NCBI RefSeq assembly: GCF_963921235.1
Contig: NC_086118.1
Span: forward strand, 12,030,001-12,094,000
Source: Mobula hypostoma
Taxonomy: Eukaryota
Direction: 5' to 3'
Length of the DNA: 64,000 nt
The position numbers and the translations under genes are program-made. Below are positions 36,701 through 49,533 of this stretch, in pieces. The first letter of the stretch is position 1. Every line of letters begins with the position of its first letter. The notes below the pieces were generated by a model. It was not told the origin of the DNA, did not search any database, and saw only the letters and a program-made list of their open reading frames with translations.

Positions 36701-38715
36701 GGGGGGGGAGGGAAAGATGTGCTTAGTGGTGGGATCCCGTTGGAGGTGGCGGAAATTACGGAGAATAATATGTTGGACCCATAATATGGAGGCCCCACCT
36801 CCCCCTTGTACCCCATCTGTTACTTATTTTTATGCACACATTCTTTCTCTCACTCTCCTTTTTCTCCTTCTGTCCCTCTGAATATACCTCTTGCTCATCC
36901 TCTGGGTCCCCCCCCCCGCCCCCTTGTCTTTCTTCCCAGACCTCCTGTCCCATGATCCTCTCGTATCCCCTTTTGCCTATCACCTGTCCAGCTCTCGGCT
37001 CTATCCCTCCCCCTCCTGTCTTCTCCTATCATTTTGGATCTCCCCCTCCCCCTCCAACTTTCAAATCCCTTACTCACTCTTCCTTCAGTTAGTCCTGACA
37101 AAGGGTCTCGGCCTGAAACGTCGACTGCACCTCTTCCTACAGATGCTGCCTAGTACTTAATGAATACTTTGCTTCAGTATTCTCCAAGGAAAAACACATT
37201 GGCAATTGTGACGATGACTTACAGTAGACTGAAACGCTTGAGCATATAGACGTTAAGAAAGAAGATGTGCTGGAGCTTTTGAAAAGCATTAAGTTAAATA
37301 AGTCTAGATGAGATGTACCCCAGGCTACTGTGGGAAGCAAGGGAGGAGATTGCTGAGCCTCTTGTGATGATCTTTACATCATCAATGGTGACGGAATAGG
37401 TTCCAGAGGATTGGAAGGTTGAAAATGTTATTCCCTTGTTCAATAAAGGGAGTAGAGATAACCCAGGAAATTATAGACCAGTGAGTCTGGCTTCAGTGAT
37501 GGGCAAGTTGTTGGAGAATGTCCTGAGAGACAGGATTTATGAGCATTTGGAGAGACATAATCTGATTAGGGATAGTTAGCATGGTTTTGTCAAGGGCAGA
37601 TTGTGCCTTATGAGCCTGATCGAATTCTTTGAGGATGTAAACAAAACACATTGATGAAGGTAGAGCAGTGGATGTAGTGTATATGGATATCAGTAAGGCA
37701 TTAGATAAGGTTCTCCATGCCAGGCTCCTTCATAAAGTAAGGAGGCATGGGATCCAAGGAGACCTTGTTTTGTGGATTCAGAATCGGCTTGCCCACAGAA
37801 GGCAAACAGTGATTGTAGATGGTTCTTAATCTGCATGGAGGTCAGTGACCAGTGGTGTTCCACAGGGATCTGTTCTGGGACCCCTCCTCTTTGTGATTTT
37901 TAAAAACAACCTGGATGAAGAAGTGGAAGGGTGGGTTAGTAAGCTTGCTGATGACCACAAAGGTTGGGGGTGCTGTGGATAGTCTGGCGGGTTGTCAGAG
38001 GTTACAGCAGGACATCGATAGGATGCAGAACTGGGCTGAGAAGTTTCAGATGGACTTCAACCCAGATAAGTGTGGTGGTTCATTTTGGTAGGTCCAATTT
38101 GAAGATAGAATATAATATACGTAAATAGTAAGTCTCTTGGCAGTGTGGAAGATCTGAGAGATCTTGGGGTCCATGTCCATAGGACACTCAAAGCTGCTGC
38201 ACAGTTTGACAGTTTTATTAAGAAGGTATATGGTGTGTTGGCATTCATCAACTGTGGGATTCAGTTCAAGAGCCGCGAGGTAACGTTACAGCTATATCAG
38301 ACCTTGGTCAAACCCTACTTCAGATCTGGTCACCTCACTACAGGAAGGATGTGGATAATATAGAGAGAGCGCAGACGAAATTTACAAGAATGTTGCCTTG
38401 GTTAGATAGCATACCTTATGAGAATAGGTTGAGTGTACTTGGCCTTTTCTCCTTAGAGTGATGGAAAATGAGAGGTGACTTGATAAATGTGTATAAGATG
38501 ATGAGAGGCATTGATCGTGTGGATTGCCAGAGGCTTTTTCCCAGAGCTGAAATGGCTAATACGAGGGGGCATAGTTTTAAGGTACTTGGAAATAGGAACT
38601 GAGGGGATGTCAGGGGTAAGTTTTTCCACACAGAGTGCAGTGGGTGCACAGCAGGCACTGACGATGGCGGTGATGGAAGTGGATGCAATAGGGTCTTTTA
38701 AGATAGGTACATGAA

Positions 38716-39300
38716 TTCTATCTCGGCCTTTCAGCATTTGGTAGGTTTCAATTTTATCCCCCCTCATTCTTCGAAACTCCTGCGAGTACAGGCCAGAGCC
38801 ATCAAACATTTCTCATATGTTAACCCTTTCATTCCAGGGATCATTTTCATAAACCTCCACTGGATTTTCTCCAACACCAGCACATCCTTTCTTAAATATG
38901 GGGTCCAAAACTGCTCACGATACTCCAAGTGTGGTCTGCTGACCATTGATTATAAAGTCTCAGCATTACATCCTTGCTTTTATATTCTATTCCCTCACCA
39001 TGAATGCTAACGTTCTATTTTCCATTCTTACTACTGATTCAATCCGCAAGTTAAACTTTAGGGAATTCTACTCTAGGACTCACAAGTCCCTTTTGCACCT
39101 CTGATTTCTCAATTTGCTCCCCATTTAGAAAAATAGTCTACATATTTATTCCTTCTTCCAAAGTGCACGACCATACACTTCCCTACACTGTACTTTATCT
39201 GAAACCTCTTTTTGCATTCTCCTAATTTGTCCAAATCCTTCTTCAGCCTACCTGCGTTCTCAACACTACCTGCCCCTCCACTCACCTTTCTGTCATCTGC
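38716..39300 (-). mobile_element. CR1 ORF2 fragment; probable continuation of the minus-strand CR1 tail at 31230-31379
   Basis: ORF 38764-38946 'RPHLEYREQFWTPYLRKD'. Confidence 0.75.
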
Positions 39301-40054
39301 ATTGACCTGGATATGACAATTTTTAAAAATCTACCTACATTAGTAAGCTGAAATTAAGACAGAAGATGCCGGGGACACTCAGAGAATCAAGTTGTGGAAA
39401 GAGAAATAATATTAATGAGTTAAGTCCAACCAAAGTCTCTCATCAAAACTGGAAATGATTGCTAATATGATCAAAACCAGGAAAGCAGATATTTTGTGTG
39501 ATTTCTGCACAGAACAGGAAGAATGGACTTAATATCAAGGTATTGAAGTGATGTTATGATAAGATTATTTAATTCAATTAATCTAACTTAGAATAGTGCA
39601 AATGTATATTCTTTTCCTTCGGTAGTCAATTGCGATTAAGAAAGATTAGCTTCCAAGGTGGCTAATGAGGCTAATGAAGGAATTGCAACTTATCCACGGA
39701 TGGAGTAGAATGTGCCAAGCAAAATGTGGCTTATAAAGTGATTCACTTCTTCTACAGTTTATGCAGGGCTTTATGTACCCACATTGCATTGCCATGAGGT
39801 TCACAATGTCATCCTGAATAGCCCTTCTCCCTGTGAGTGATCATGGGCCAGGGATTCCCAACAGTCGAAAGGAACATTGCATTTTTTTCCTTGAACCAAT
39901 CCACTTGGTAATCCCTTCCACTGATAAATGATGTACATACTATTTACCCTAACACAATTGATTGAACTTGATTTTTCTGAAGTCTTCTTGCCATGGCCAT
40001 GAGCACTCATTGCTAAGCTGGCTGGCTTTTGTAGATGTTGCTCAGTATTCTACT

Positions 40055-40612
40055 TAAAATTATAAAGATTGATAAGTTACAGAACCTGGGCCTCTGTACC
40101 TGCTTCTGCAATTGGATCCTCGACTTCTTAACCAGAAGACCACAATCTATCTGGATTGGTGATAATATCTCTTTCTCACTGATAATCAACACTGGTGCAC
40201 CTCAGGAGTGTGTGCTTAGCCCACTGCTCTACTCTCTCTATACTCATGACTCTGTGGCTAGGCATAGTTCAAATACCATCTATAAATTTGCTGATGATAA
40301 AACCATTGTTGGTAGAATCTCAGATGGAGACGAGAGGGTGTACAGGATAAACGATGTACATACTATATGCCAACTAGTGGAGTGGTGTCGCAGCCACAAC
40401 CTTGCCCTCAACTTCAGTCAGGCGGAAGAGCTGATTGTGAATTTCTGAAGGGTAAGACAAAGGAACACATACCAATCCTCATGGAGGGATCAAAAGTGGA
40501 GAGAGTGAGTAGTTTCAAGTTCCTGGGTGTCAAGATCTCTGAAGACCTAACCTGATCCCAACAAATTTCACGACATATGCTGATGATAGTAAACCTGATT
40601 CTGATTCTGAAG
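40055..40612 (+). mobile_element. Rex/Babar-type LINE RT fragment joined to its 3' tail
   Basis: ORF 40035-40448 'TGAPQECVLSPLLYSLYTHD...KFADD'. CTGATTCTGATTCTGA tail near 40596-40610. Confidence 0.85.
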
Positions 40613-40654
40613 TTCAATGTATTTCAAATAATTGTCATTTTCACTTTCATTTTT

Positions 40655-41600
40655 AAATCTTTTTTATTAGTTATTATTGAAGATCAAGAAAAAATACTTC
40701 AAAGTAATCAAGTCAACATGTCAATATGTACAATGAGAAATTAAATTACCAAATAACTGATTAACAAAGCTAAACAATATATTAATAATAAGAAGAAAAA
40801 TAAAGTGTTAAAACTATTTTTTTGGAAAAAAGAAATAAGGAATAAAGAACCCTTCGTAACTAAAACAAAAAAACCCTGCTAACGAAAAAAGAGAAAAAAA
40901 AGAGACCCACTGGGAGCACAACCCCAGAGCTATACACCTTACAAGCTTCCATAAAAGAAAAACATCAATCCGCCAACTCAAATCCATTGAAACAAGAATC
41001 AGAAGGAAACCATCTTAATTAACTTAAATCAGATGATAGTAGCGGGCAAAAGAACCCCAGCTTTTCTCAAAGTCAAATCGAGCATCAAAAGTTCGACTTT
41101 TGATTTTCTCCAACCTAAGACATAGCATCACCTGAGAGAACCATTGTTTCAAAGTGGGAGCAGAGACATCTTTCCATTTCAGTATAATAGCCCTTCTGGC
41201 CAATAACGTAACAAATGCAATTATATGTTGGCCTGATATAGAAATACCATGAATATATTGAGGGATTATACCGAACAAAACTGTCAATTTATTAGGTTGT
41301 AAATTAATTTTAAAGCTTTAGAAATTGTAGAGAAAATAGATTTCCAAAACTGTTTCAATACAGAACACGACCAAAACATATGTGTGAATATAGCTGTCTC
41401 AGTTTTACATCTATCACACTGACTATCAACATTAGGAAATATTTTAGACAATCTCTCCTTTGTCAAATAGTAATGATGTACAATTTTAAATTGAATTAAG
41501 GAGTGACTGGCACAAATCGAAGAAGAGTTAACAAACTTCAAAATTTGCAACCAATCCTCTGTTATTAAGGTCACGTTAAGCTCTCTTTCCCAATCTTGCT
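40655..41600 (-). mobile_element. L1-clade LINE 3' fragment
   Basis: ORFs 41284-41574 ('LIQFKIVH...CDRCK...HMFWSC' zinc knuckle) and 41024-41287 ('ARRAIILKWK'). T-rich 3' UTR and A-rich end. Confidence 0.85.
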
Positions 41601-42133
41601 ATAATTGTCATAGGATACAAGGTATCAATTTATCAATCACATTCAGTCGATAAAGAATGAACATCAAGGCTAAGTCTTTAGCTATTTTCTCCATCTACAC
41701 ACACTTGAACAAGCCCATTCAATTTTTAAAACATGGGGGTGGATAATATCCATTGGTGTTACTTTTCTGGTGCATCTGTTAGCAGAATTCTAGACGATGT
41801 CTATACTATATGTAGCAGACAGATGAGAGAGCCCTGATAGGCATTTGCACCCAATAATTATGTTATTGATTCCTCAAATTGTTTCTGCAGAAAATGGTCA
41901 ACTTCAATAAAGACTCAATCCTGGTTGACTACCATGGAGTCCTGGAGATTTGCCTGTTTCAGGTATACAAATTGCTCCTGCAGTTGACTTGGTTGTAGGC
42001 AAAATCAATGATGGTGGCAAATCAGCATATAGGAGGGACATTGAAAATCTGGTTAAGTTGTGCCACCATAATAACCTCTCACTTAACGTCAGGAGGAAGA
42101 AGCCAGAAGTCCATGAACCAATTCTCATTAGTG

Positions 42134-45100
42134 AACCAAAAGCACGACTGTGCAGGAGCAAAAGCAGCTTCATAGAGCGGGTATCTCAGGAGCAGGCATT
42201 GGAGTGGAGGAAGTCTTTGGCGGTAACGGGCCAAGGTGATGTAAGTTACTTGTGAAGTTACTAGGAATATGAAGAATGTCTGTGAGGCCGGTATTCTGCA
42301 CTGGGTGTGGATGTGAGATGTACAGAAGACACCCAGCCTCCCAGACAGCCATATCTGCACCAGGTGCGTTGAGCTACAGCTCCTTAAGGACCGGGCTAGG
42401 GAATTGGAGATGCAGCTTGTCTGGTCAAGGTCAGTGGGGAGGTGATAAATAGGAGCTATAGGCAAGTAGTGACACTAGGGCCTTGGGAGACAGAGAAGTG
42501 GGTAACAGTCAGGAGAGTGAAGAGCAAGAGTCAGATACTGGAGAATATTCCTGTGGCTGTCCCCCTTAACAATAAGTACCTCTGTTTGAGTACTGTTGGC
42601 AGGGACGACCTACCTGGGGGAGGCAACAGTGGCTGTGCCTCTGGCACAGAGTCTGGCCCTGTGGCTCAGAAGGGTAGGGAAAGGAAAGGCAGAGGATGGC
42701 AGAAGTGATAGGGGACTCTATAGTTAGGGGGTCAGACAGGTGATTCTACGTACACAGGAAAGAAACACGATGGTAGTTTGCCTCCCAGGTGCCAGGGTCC
42801 GGGATGTTTCTAATCGTGCCCATGATATCCTGAAGTGGGAAGGTGAACAGCCAGAGATCGTGGTACATATTGATACCAACAACATAGGTAGGAAAAGGGT
42901 GGTAGACCTGAAAACAGACCACAGGGAGTTAGGAAAGAAGCTGAGAAGCAGGACAACGAGGACAGTAATCTCAGGATTACTGCCTGTGCCACACGACAGT
43001 AAGTATAGGAATAGAGTGAGGTGGAGTATAAATGCGTGGCTGAGGGATTGGAGCAGGGGGCAGGGATTCAGATTTCTGGCTCATTGGGACCTCTTTTGGG
43101 GCAGGTATGACCTGTACAATAAGGATGGGTTGCACTTGAATCCGAGGAGGACCAACATTCTGGCAGGGAGGTTTGCTAAGGCTATCGGGGAAAGTTTAAA
43201 CTAGAATTGCTGGGAGGTTGGAACCGAACTGAAGATACGAAGGAAGGGGCGTTTGGCTCACAAATAGAGAAAGCTTGTAGGCAGTGTGCATGGGAGGATA
43301 GGTAGGTGATAGAGAAGGGATGTGCTCAGACTGATGGTTTGAGATGTGTCTATTTTAATGCAATGAGTATCATGAACAAAGCAGATGAGCTTAGAGCATT
43401 GATCAGTACTCGGAGCTATGATGTTGTGGCCATTACAGAGACTTGGATGGCTCAGGGGCAGGAATGGCTACTTAGAGTGCCAGGCTTATAGATGTTTCAG
43501 AAAGGACAGGGAGGGGGGCAAAAGAGGTGGGGGCGTGGCACTGCTGATCAGAGATAGTGTCACGGCTGCAGAAAAGGAGGAAGTCATGGAGAGATTGTCT
43601 ACTGAGTCTCTGTGGGTGGAAGTTAGAAACAGGAAGGGGTCAATAACTCTACTGGATGTTTTTTATAGACCACCCAACAGTAACAGGGACATCGAGGAGC
43701 AGATAGGGAGACAGATTCTGGAATGGTGCAGGGTTGTCGTGATGGGAGATTTTAATTTCCCCAATATTGATTGGCATCTCCCTAGAGCAAGGGGTTTAGA
43801 TAGGGTGGAGTTTGTTAGATGTGTTCAGGAAGGTTTCCTCCTTAACTATTGCACTGGAGAGGGATAGGAACAGACAAATTAGGAAAGCATTTAATTAGAG
43901 TAAGGGGAAATATGAAGCTATCAGTTAGGAACTTGGAAGCATGAATTGGGAGAAGATGTTCTCAGGGAAATGTACGTAAGAAATGTGGCAAATATTCAGG
44001 GGATATTTGTGTGGCATTCTGCACAGGTACGTTCCAGTGAGACAGGGAGAGGATGGTAGGGTAGAGGAACCATGGTATACAAAGGCTCTAGAAAATCTAG
44101 TCAAGAAGAAAAGAAAAGCTTACGAAAGGCTCAAAAAACTAGGTAATGATAGAGATCTATTAAATTATAAAGCTAGCAGGAAGGAGCTTAAGAATGAAAT
44201 TGGGCAGCCAGAAGGGGCCATGAGAAGGCCTTGGTGAGCAGGATTAAAGAAAACCCCAAGGCATTCTACAAGTATGTGAAGAGCAAGAGGATAAGACATG
44301 AGAGAGTAGGACCAGTCAAGTGTGACAGTGAAAAAGTGTGTATGGAACTGGAGCAGGAAGTGGAGGTACTTAATGAATATTTTTCTTTTTAGTATTCACT
44401 ATGGAAAAGGAATTTGGTGATTGTAGGGATAACGTGCAGTGGACCAAAAAGTTTGAGCATATGGACATTAAGAAAGAGGATGTGCTGGAGCTTTTGGAAA
44501 GCATCAAGTTGGATAATTCACCAGGACCGGATGAGATATACCCCAGGCCACTGTGGGAGGTGAGGGAGAATACTGCTGAGCCTCTGGCAATGACCTTTGT
44601 ATCATCAATGAGGATAGGAGAGAAGAGGTTCCGGAGGATTAGAGGGTTGCGGATGTTGTTCCTTTATTTAAGAAAGGGAGTAGAGATAGCCCTGGAAATT
44701 ATAGACCACTGAGTCTTACTTCAGTGGTTGGTAAGTTGATGGAAAAGTTCCTGGGAGGCAGGATTTATGGACATTTGGAGAGGCATAATATGATTAAGAA
44801 TAGTCAGCATGGCTTTGTGAAAGGCAGGCCATGCCTTAAGAGCCTGATTGAATTTTCTGAGGATGTGACTAAACACATTGATGAAGGTAGAGCAGTAGAT
44901 GCAGTGTACATGGATTTCAGCAAAGCATTTGATAAAGTACCCCATACAAGGCTTATTGAGAGAGTAAGGAGGCATGGGATCCAAGGGGACTTTGCTTTGT
45001 GGATCCAAGATTGGCCTGCCTACAGAAGGCAAAGAGTGGTTGTAGACAGGTCATATCCTGCATGGAGTCGGTGATCAGTGGTGTGCTTATGGGAACTGTT

Positions 45101-46020
45101 CTGGAACCCCTTCCCTTTGTGATTTTTATAAATGACCTGGATGAGGAAGTGGAGGGATGGGTTAGTAAATTTGCTGATGACACAAAAGTTGGGGGTTTTG
45201 TGGAGAGTGTGAAGGGCTTTCAGAGGTTACTGCAGGACATCGATGGGATGCAAAACTGGGCTGAGAAGTCACAGATGGAGTTCAACCCAGATAAATATGT
45301 GGTTCATTTTGGTAAATCAAATATTATGGCACAATATAGTATTAATGGTAAAACTCTTGGCAGTGTGGAGGATGAGAGGGATCTTGGGTTCCAAGTCCAT
45401 AGGACACTCAAAGCTGCTGCACAGGTTGACTCTGTGGTTAAGAAGTCATACAGTGTATTTGCCTTCATCAATAGTAGGACTGAGATCAAGAGCCAAGAGG
45501 TAATGTTACAGCTATATAGTACCCTGATCAGACCCCAATTAGAGAACTGCGCTCAGTTCTGGTCACCTCACTACAGGAAGGATGTGGAAACCATAGAAAG
45601 GGTGCAAAGGAGATTTACAAGGGTGTTTCCTGGATTGGGGAGCATGCCTTATGAGAATAGGTTGAGTGAACTTGGCCTTTTTTCCTTGGAGTGACGGAGG
45701 ATGAGAGGTGACATGATAGAGGTATATAAGATGATGAAAGGAATTGATCATGTGGATAGTCAGAGGTTTTTTCCCAGGGCTGACAAGACGGCACAGTTTT
45801 AAGGTGCTTGGAAGTAGGTACAGAGGAGATGCAGGGGTAAGTTTTCTACGCAGAGAGTGGTGAGTGCATGGAATGAGCTGCTGGCGACGGTGGTGGAGGA
45901 GGATATGATAGGGTCTTTTAAGAGGCTCCTGGATAGGTACATTGAGCTTAGAAAAATAGAGGGCAATGGATACCCTTAGGTCATTTCTAAAGTAAGTACT
46001 TGTTTTTATGTTTCTATATT
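42134..46020 (+). mobile_element. Near full-length decayed CR1 LINE
   Basis: Ordered ORF1 (42442-43204), APE (43306-43867) and RT (44401-45694, 'KFADD'). TTTCTAT tail. Confidence 0.9.
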
Positions 46021-46214
46021 TCAGAGGTGGAAGATGGTAACTTTAAATTCCTTGGAGTTATCATATCAGAGGATCTGTCCTGGAGCCAGCACGTAAGTGT
46101 CATCATAAAGAAGGCATGACAGCACCTCTATATTCTTGGATGTTTTCATATATTCAGCATTTCACCTAAGACTTTGACAATTTTCTCTGGGCTGCGTAGT
46201 GGAAAGTATCCTAA

Positions 46215-47183
46215 AGTTACAGTATGCATGCGCCGGTTGTGCATGCAGCCTGTTACAGCCGTTCCGATTGGATTCTTACTTTTTTCTTCTTACTTTTTAC
46301 CTTACCTTATCTTTTGTATTTTTTTTTCATGGTAACACGTCGAAGCTGCACCCTCTCTAACAGGCTGGTAGAGAGAGCTTTATTTGGGTTTTTAGCGCTG
46401 GGAATAGTTACTTCCCGACACGCAGGACAGAAGCATGTCGCATTGTGTATTCCAGGGACCAGCTGCTTGCGCTTATGCGGGGCGGTTTAGCGAGCACAGC
46501 GGTGGACACCCCTGCTGAAATCTGGAGGAAAACACACAGAGGATGCAGAGGGGGATTACAAAGTCGAGGAAAGAGGACCGGGTCGAGACAACAGAGACGT
46601 ATGGAGAAGAGGAGTTCAGTGGATAATAAAATGGACGAGTTCACAGCGCTAGCCGGGTGTCAGAGAACATTTCGGGAGGGCATTGTTATGTGTTTCACTG
46701 GAACGGAGCTGCATGAGGACATACCCGATCAAAACTTCTCCATGGACGGCTTCCAGACCATTCCGGCTGACTGGAAGAGCACTGAGAGCGGTAAGCGTAA
46801 AGGAGTTGGGTGCTTACTGTTCTGGTTAACAACAGATGGTGCAATCCAGATCATATTACGATCAAGAAACATGTTTGTAGACGGGATATTGAACTTTTTA
46901 CTGTTGGACTTTGGCCACATTCCACCGATTTTCAACACTTGGCGGCACAGGATGTCGTTCCTGCCTGTGGCTATCAAACTTGCAGCTCCTTCCGTGGAGG
47001 GTCAGACACCCTGAGCCACTAGACTGGTCCTGGACATTTTTCCATCTGGCATAGTTTGCATTTTGTTGTTTGATTGTTTGTGGTTTTTGTATTGTTATAC
47101 TTATGCTCTATTCTTGGTTGGTGAGGCTGTAACGAAACCCGATTTCCCTCGAGATCAATAACGTATTTCTATCTATCTATCTA
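46215..47183 (+). mobile_element. Internally deleted Rex/Babar-type element (5' UTR and APE N-terminus fused to the 3' end)
   Basis: ORF 46445-47014 'YSRDQLLAL...MDEFTAL...MCFTGTEL...SGKRKG'. (CTAT)n tail at 47169-47183. Confidence 0.7.
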
Positions 47184-49196
47184 ACTGGTTACATCACAGC
47201 CTGGTATGGAACCTCTAATGCCCAGGAATGGAAAAGTCTACAGAGAGTGGTGGATATGGGCCAGCCAATTTCATGCAAATCCCTCCCCACCACTGAGCGC
47301 ATTTATAAGGAGCACGGTCACAAGAAGCAGCATCCATCATCAAGACCACCACCGTCCAGGCCTTGTTCTCCTTCACTGCTACTATTGGGTAGTAGGTACA
47401 GGAGTGCAGAGAGAACAGACAATCTCCACACAGACAGCATCTGAGGTCAAAATAAAGCTGGTCTCTGCTATTGTGAGGCAATAGCGTACTGTGAATTTGA
47501 TGAGTAGTTCTTCACAATTACAACTTGCATCTTACTAGTCACAGTTAACACACAAAAGGGACTACACTGCTTTTAATTGACATCAAACCTGCAGAGGTAT
47601 TATGCACAAGACTAAAATCTCAGTTAGACACACAGTTTTAAAGCAGCATTTTAAAGGGAGTGATGTAGAGATTTAGGAAAGAAATTCCAGAGCATAGGAC
47701 TAAGGCAATTAAAGTCTAGCTGCCAATACAAGTGGTATAATTCACATAAAATGTGTAAAGGGCCCATCTTTGTCAACCCGATCAATGCATGAATGCCTAC
47801 TGTATGCTATGGAATCAAAACATCACCAGTTGGCAGTGCTGAAGTACAGAACCAGGCTTTCCACAACCTAACCACAAATTAATCAGAGATATGCAGTATA
47901 TCTACTTTATTCTATCCTGTATCTGTCTATTTAAATATAGCACAATAGAAAATAACTTAAAAAAAAACTCTGGCTATTCACCAATATTGTTGACTGTATA
48001 ATAGAGTTCCTCTATACAGGTTCCTTGCTGTAGTTTCCACACAATGTTTTTTTAAAGAAATTTAGCATTGTGATTATTTCAATCAGATGTGACAGCCTGT
48101 AATTTCTTAAATGAGTCTGTCAATTTTGAGTTTCTAATTGGTCTTGTCAATTTTTAAGGACAATGAAAGGTAAGAGAACCAATTCAAACATGTTGATTGA
48201 AATGCAGACATTCCCACATCTTGCAGAAGGAATATTAAGAGAAGTTGGGACAGATGCCCCCAGGGAACATGGAGGAAGAATTTAGCAGTGATCAATACAA
48301 ATTCAAATTAATAATGTTGAAAAAAAACAATATTTTGGAAAATACAGATGAATAAATTGTTACATGATAACTAGTTGGTGTGGCATGCTTGGGTTGGTGA
48401 AAGTTAATTTTGTACCCATGGAAACTAATGATCTCCAACATTCTCATGCGATTTCTGGATCTGTTGAAGATGAATAGGCTGAGACTGGCAGCCGGGATTA
48501 GTCATCAGCAATTTTATCATTATTAAGATGGCAAGAGGTGAACTGGATGGACCTTGGCCTTTTCTCAAATAGTAAATCATCTCTATAATGGTCCTTATGG
48601 GAAAACAAGGAAACAAGTGGGATATGCGGCAGGTTATTGGTTTTCCCTTCAATAAAGTAGATCATCCAGATGAATATCCTTATCGGTGCGGGTGGCCAGG
48701 ATATGTGTGTGGGACTGGCACTTCTACAATTAGCACCAGCTTCAATAGCACTGGAGCTGTCACACCCAGTGGGAAAATCCCCTGAACTTTAACCTTTTAG
48801 TTGGTTCTAAATAGAAGCTTCTGCTTTCAAACTAAGTAGAATAATCTCAGGATAACCAACTAGTTTGTGTTCTATAATCTCCTCCATTTGGATCCTGACA
48901 GATGAATTAAATATAGCTCAGAACACTGGACATAATGTCCCCTGTGAATGCAGAAGACAACAGACTGTGTAATAAGTAACAAGAACATGTGATAATGAGA
49001 TAAAGAGTCCTTAAAGTGATATCATTGATTGTGGCAACATTTCAATGATGGGGGCAAGTGAGTGTAGTTATCCCCTTTTATTCAAGAGTCTGAAAGTTGA
49101 GGGGTAGCAACTGTTCATGGCCTGGTGGTGCAAGTCCTGGGGCTCCTGTACCTTCTACCTGCTGGCAGCAGTGAGAAGAGAACATGACCTGGGAGG

Positions 49197-49533
49197 AACA
49201 CACATCAAAGTTGCTGGTGAACGCAGCAGGCCAGGCAGCATCTCTAGGAAGAGGTACAGTCGATGTTTCAGGCCGAGACCCTTCGTCAGGACTAACTGAA
49301 GGAAGAGTTAGTAAGAGATTTGTATCTCTTCAAATCTTTTCAAATCTTTTCAAACCTTTCAAATCTCTTACTAACTCTTCCTTCAGTTAGTCCTGACGAA
49401 GGGTCTTGGCCTGAAACGTCGACTGTACCTCTTCCTATAGATGCTGCCTGGCCTGCTGCATTCACCAGCAACTTTGATGTGTGTTGCTTGAATTTCCAGC
49501 ATCTGCAGAATTCCTGTTGTTTGCATTTTAAAA
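49197..49533. mobile_element. 337-bp non-coding fold-back Penelope derivative with two opposed hammerheads
   Basis: Arms 49197-~49321 and ~49359-49485 are reverse complements. 13-bp TSD ATGACCTGGGAGG (49184-49196 and 49534-49546). Confidence 0.9.
49389..49424 (+). ncRNA. Minimal type I hammerhead ribozyme motif (intact)
   Basis: AGTC-CTGACGA-AGG gtcttgg CCT-GAAAC-GTC-GACT. The opposed copy at 49258-49293 has GAAACATC. Confidence 0.8.

Larger units (their letters stand above)
35780..37152. mobile_element. Head-to-head Penelope-like element with GIY-YIG ORF remnant
   Basis: Minus arm 35780-~36778 and plus arm ~36792-37152. Perfect 15-bp TSD GTACTTAATGAATAC (35765-35779 and 37153-37167). Confidence 0.92.
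31380..38712 (+). mobile_element. Near full-length decayed CR1 hosting an inverted CR1 5' half and a Penelope element
   Basis: ORF1 zinc finger 'CSGCQM...HICARC' (31264-31809). Resumes near 34350. APE 'YFNARSIMNK' (34600-34941). RT remnants at 37200-38700. Confidence 0.85.
41975..47405 (+). mobile_element. Rex/Babar host fragment split by a CR1 (42134-46020) and by a second Rex-type element (46215-47183)
   Basis: RT-like text 'DDGGKSAYRRDIENLVKLCHHNNLSLNV' stops near 42133, resumes at 46021, and resumes again at 47184. Confidence 0.7.
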
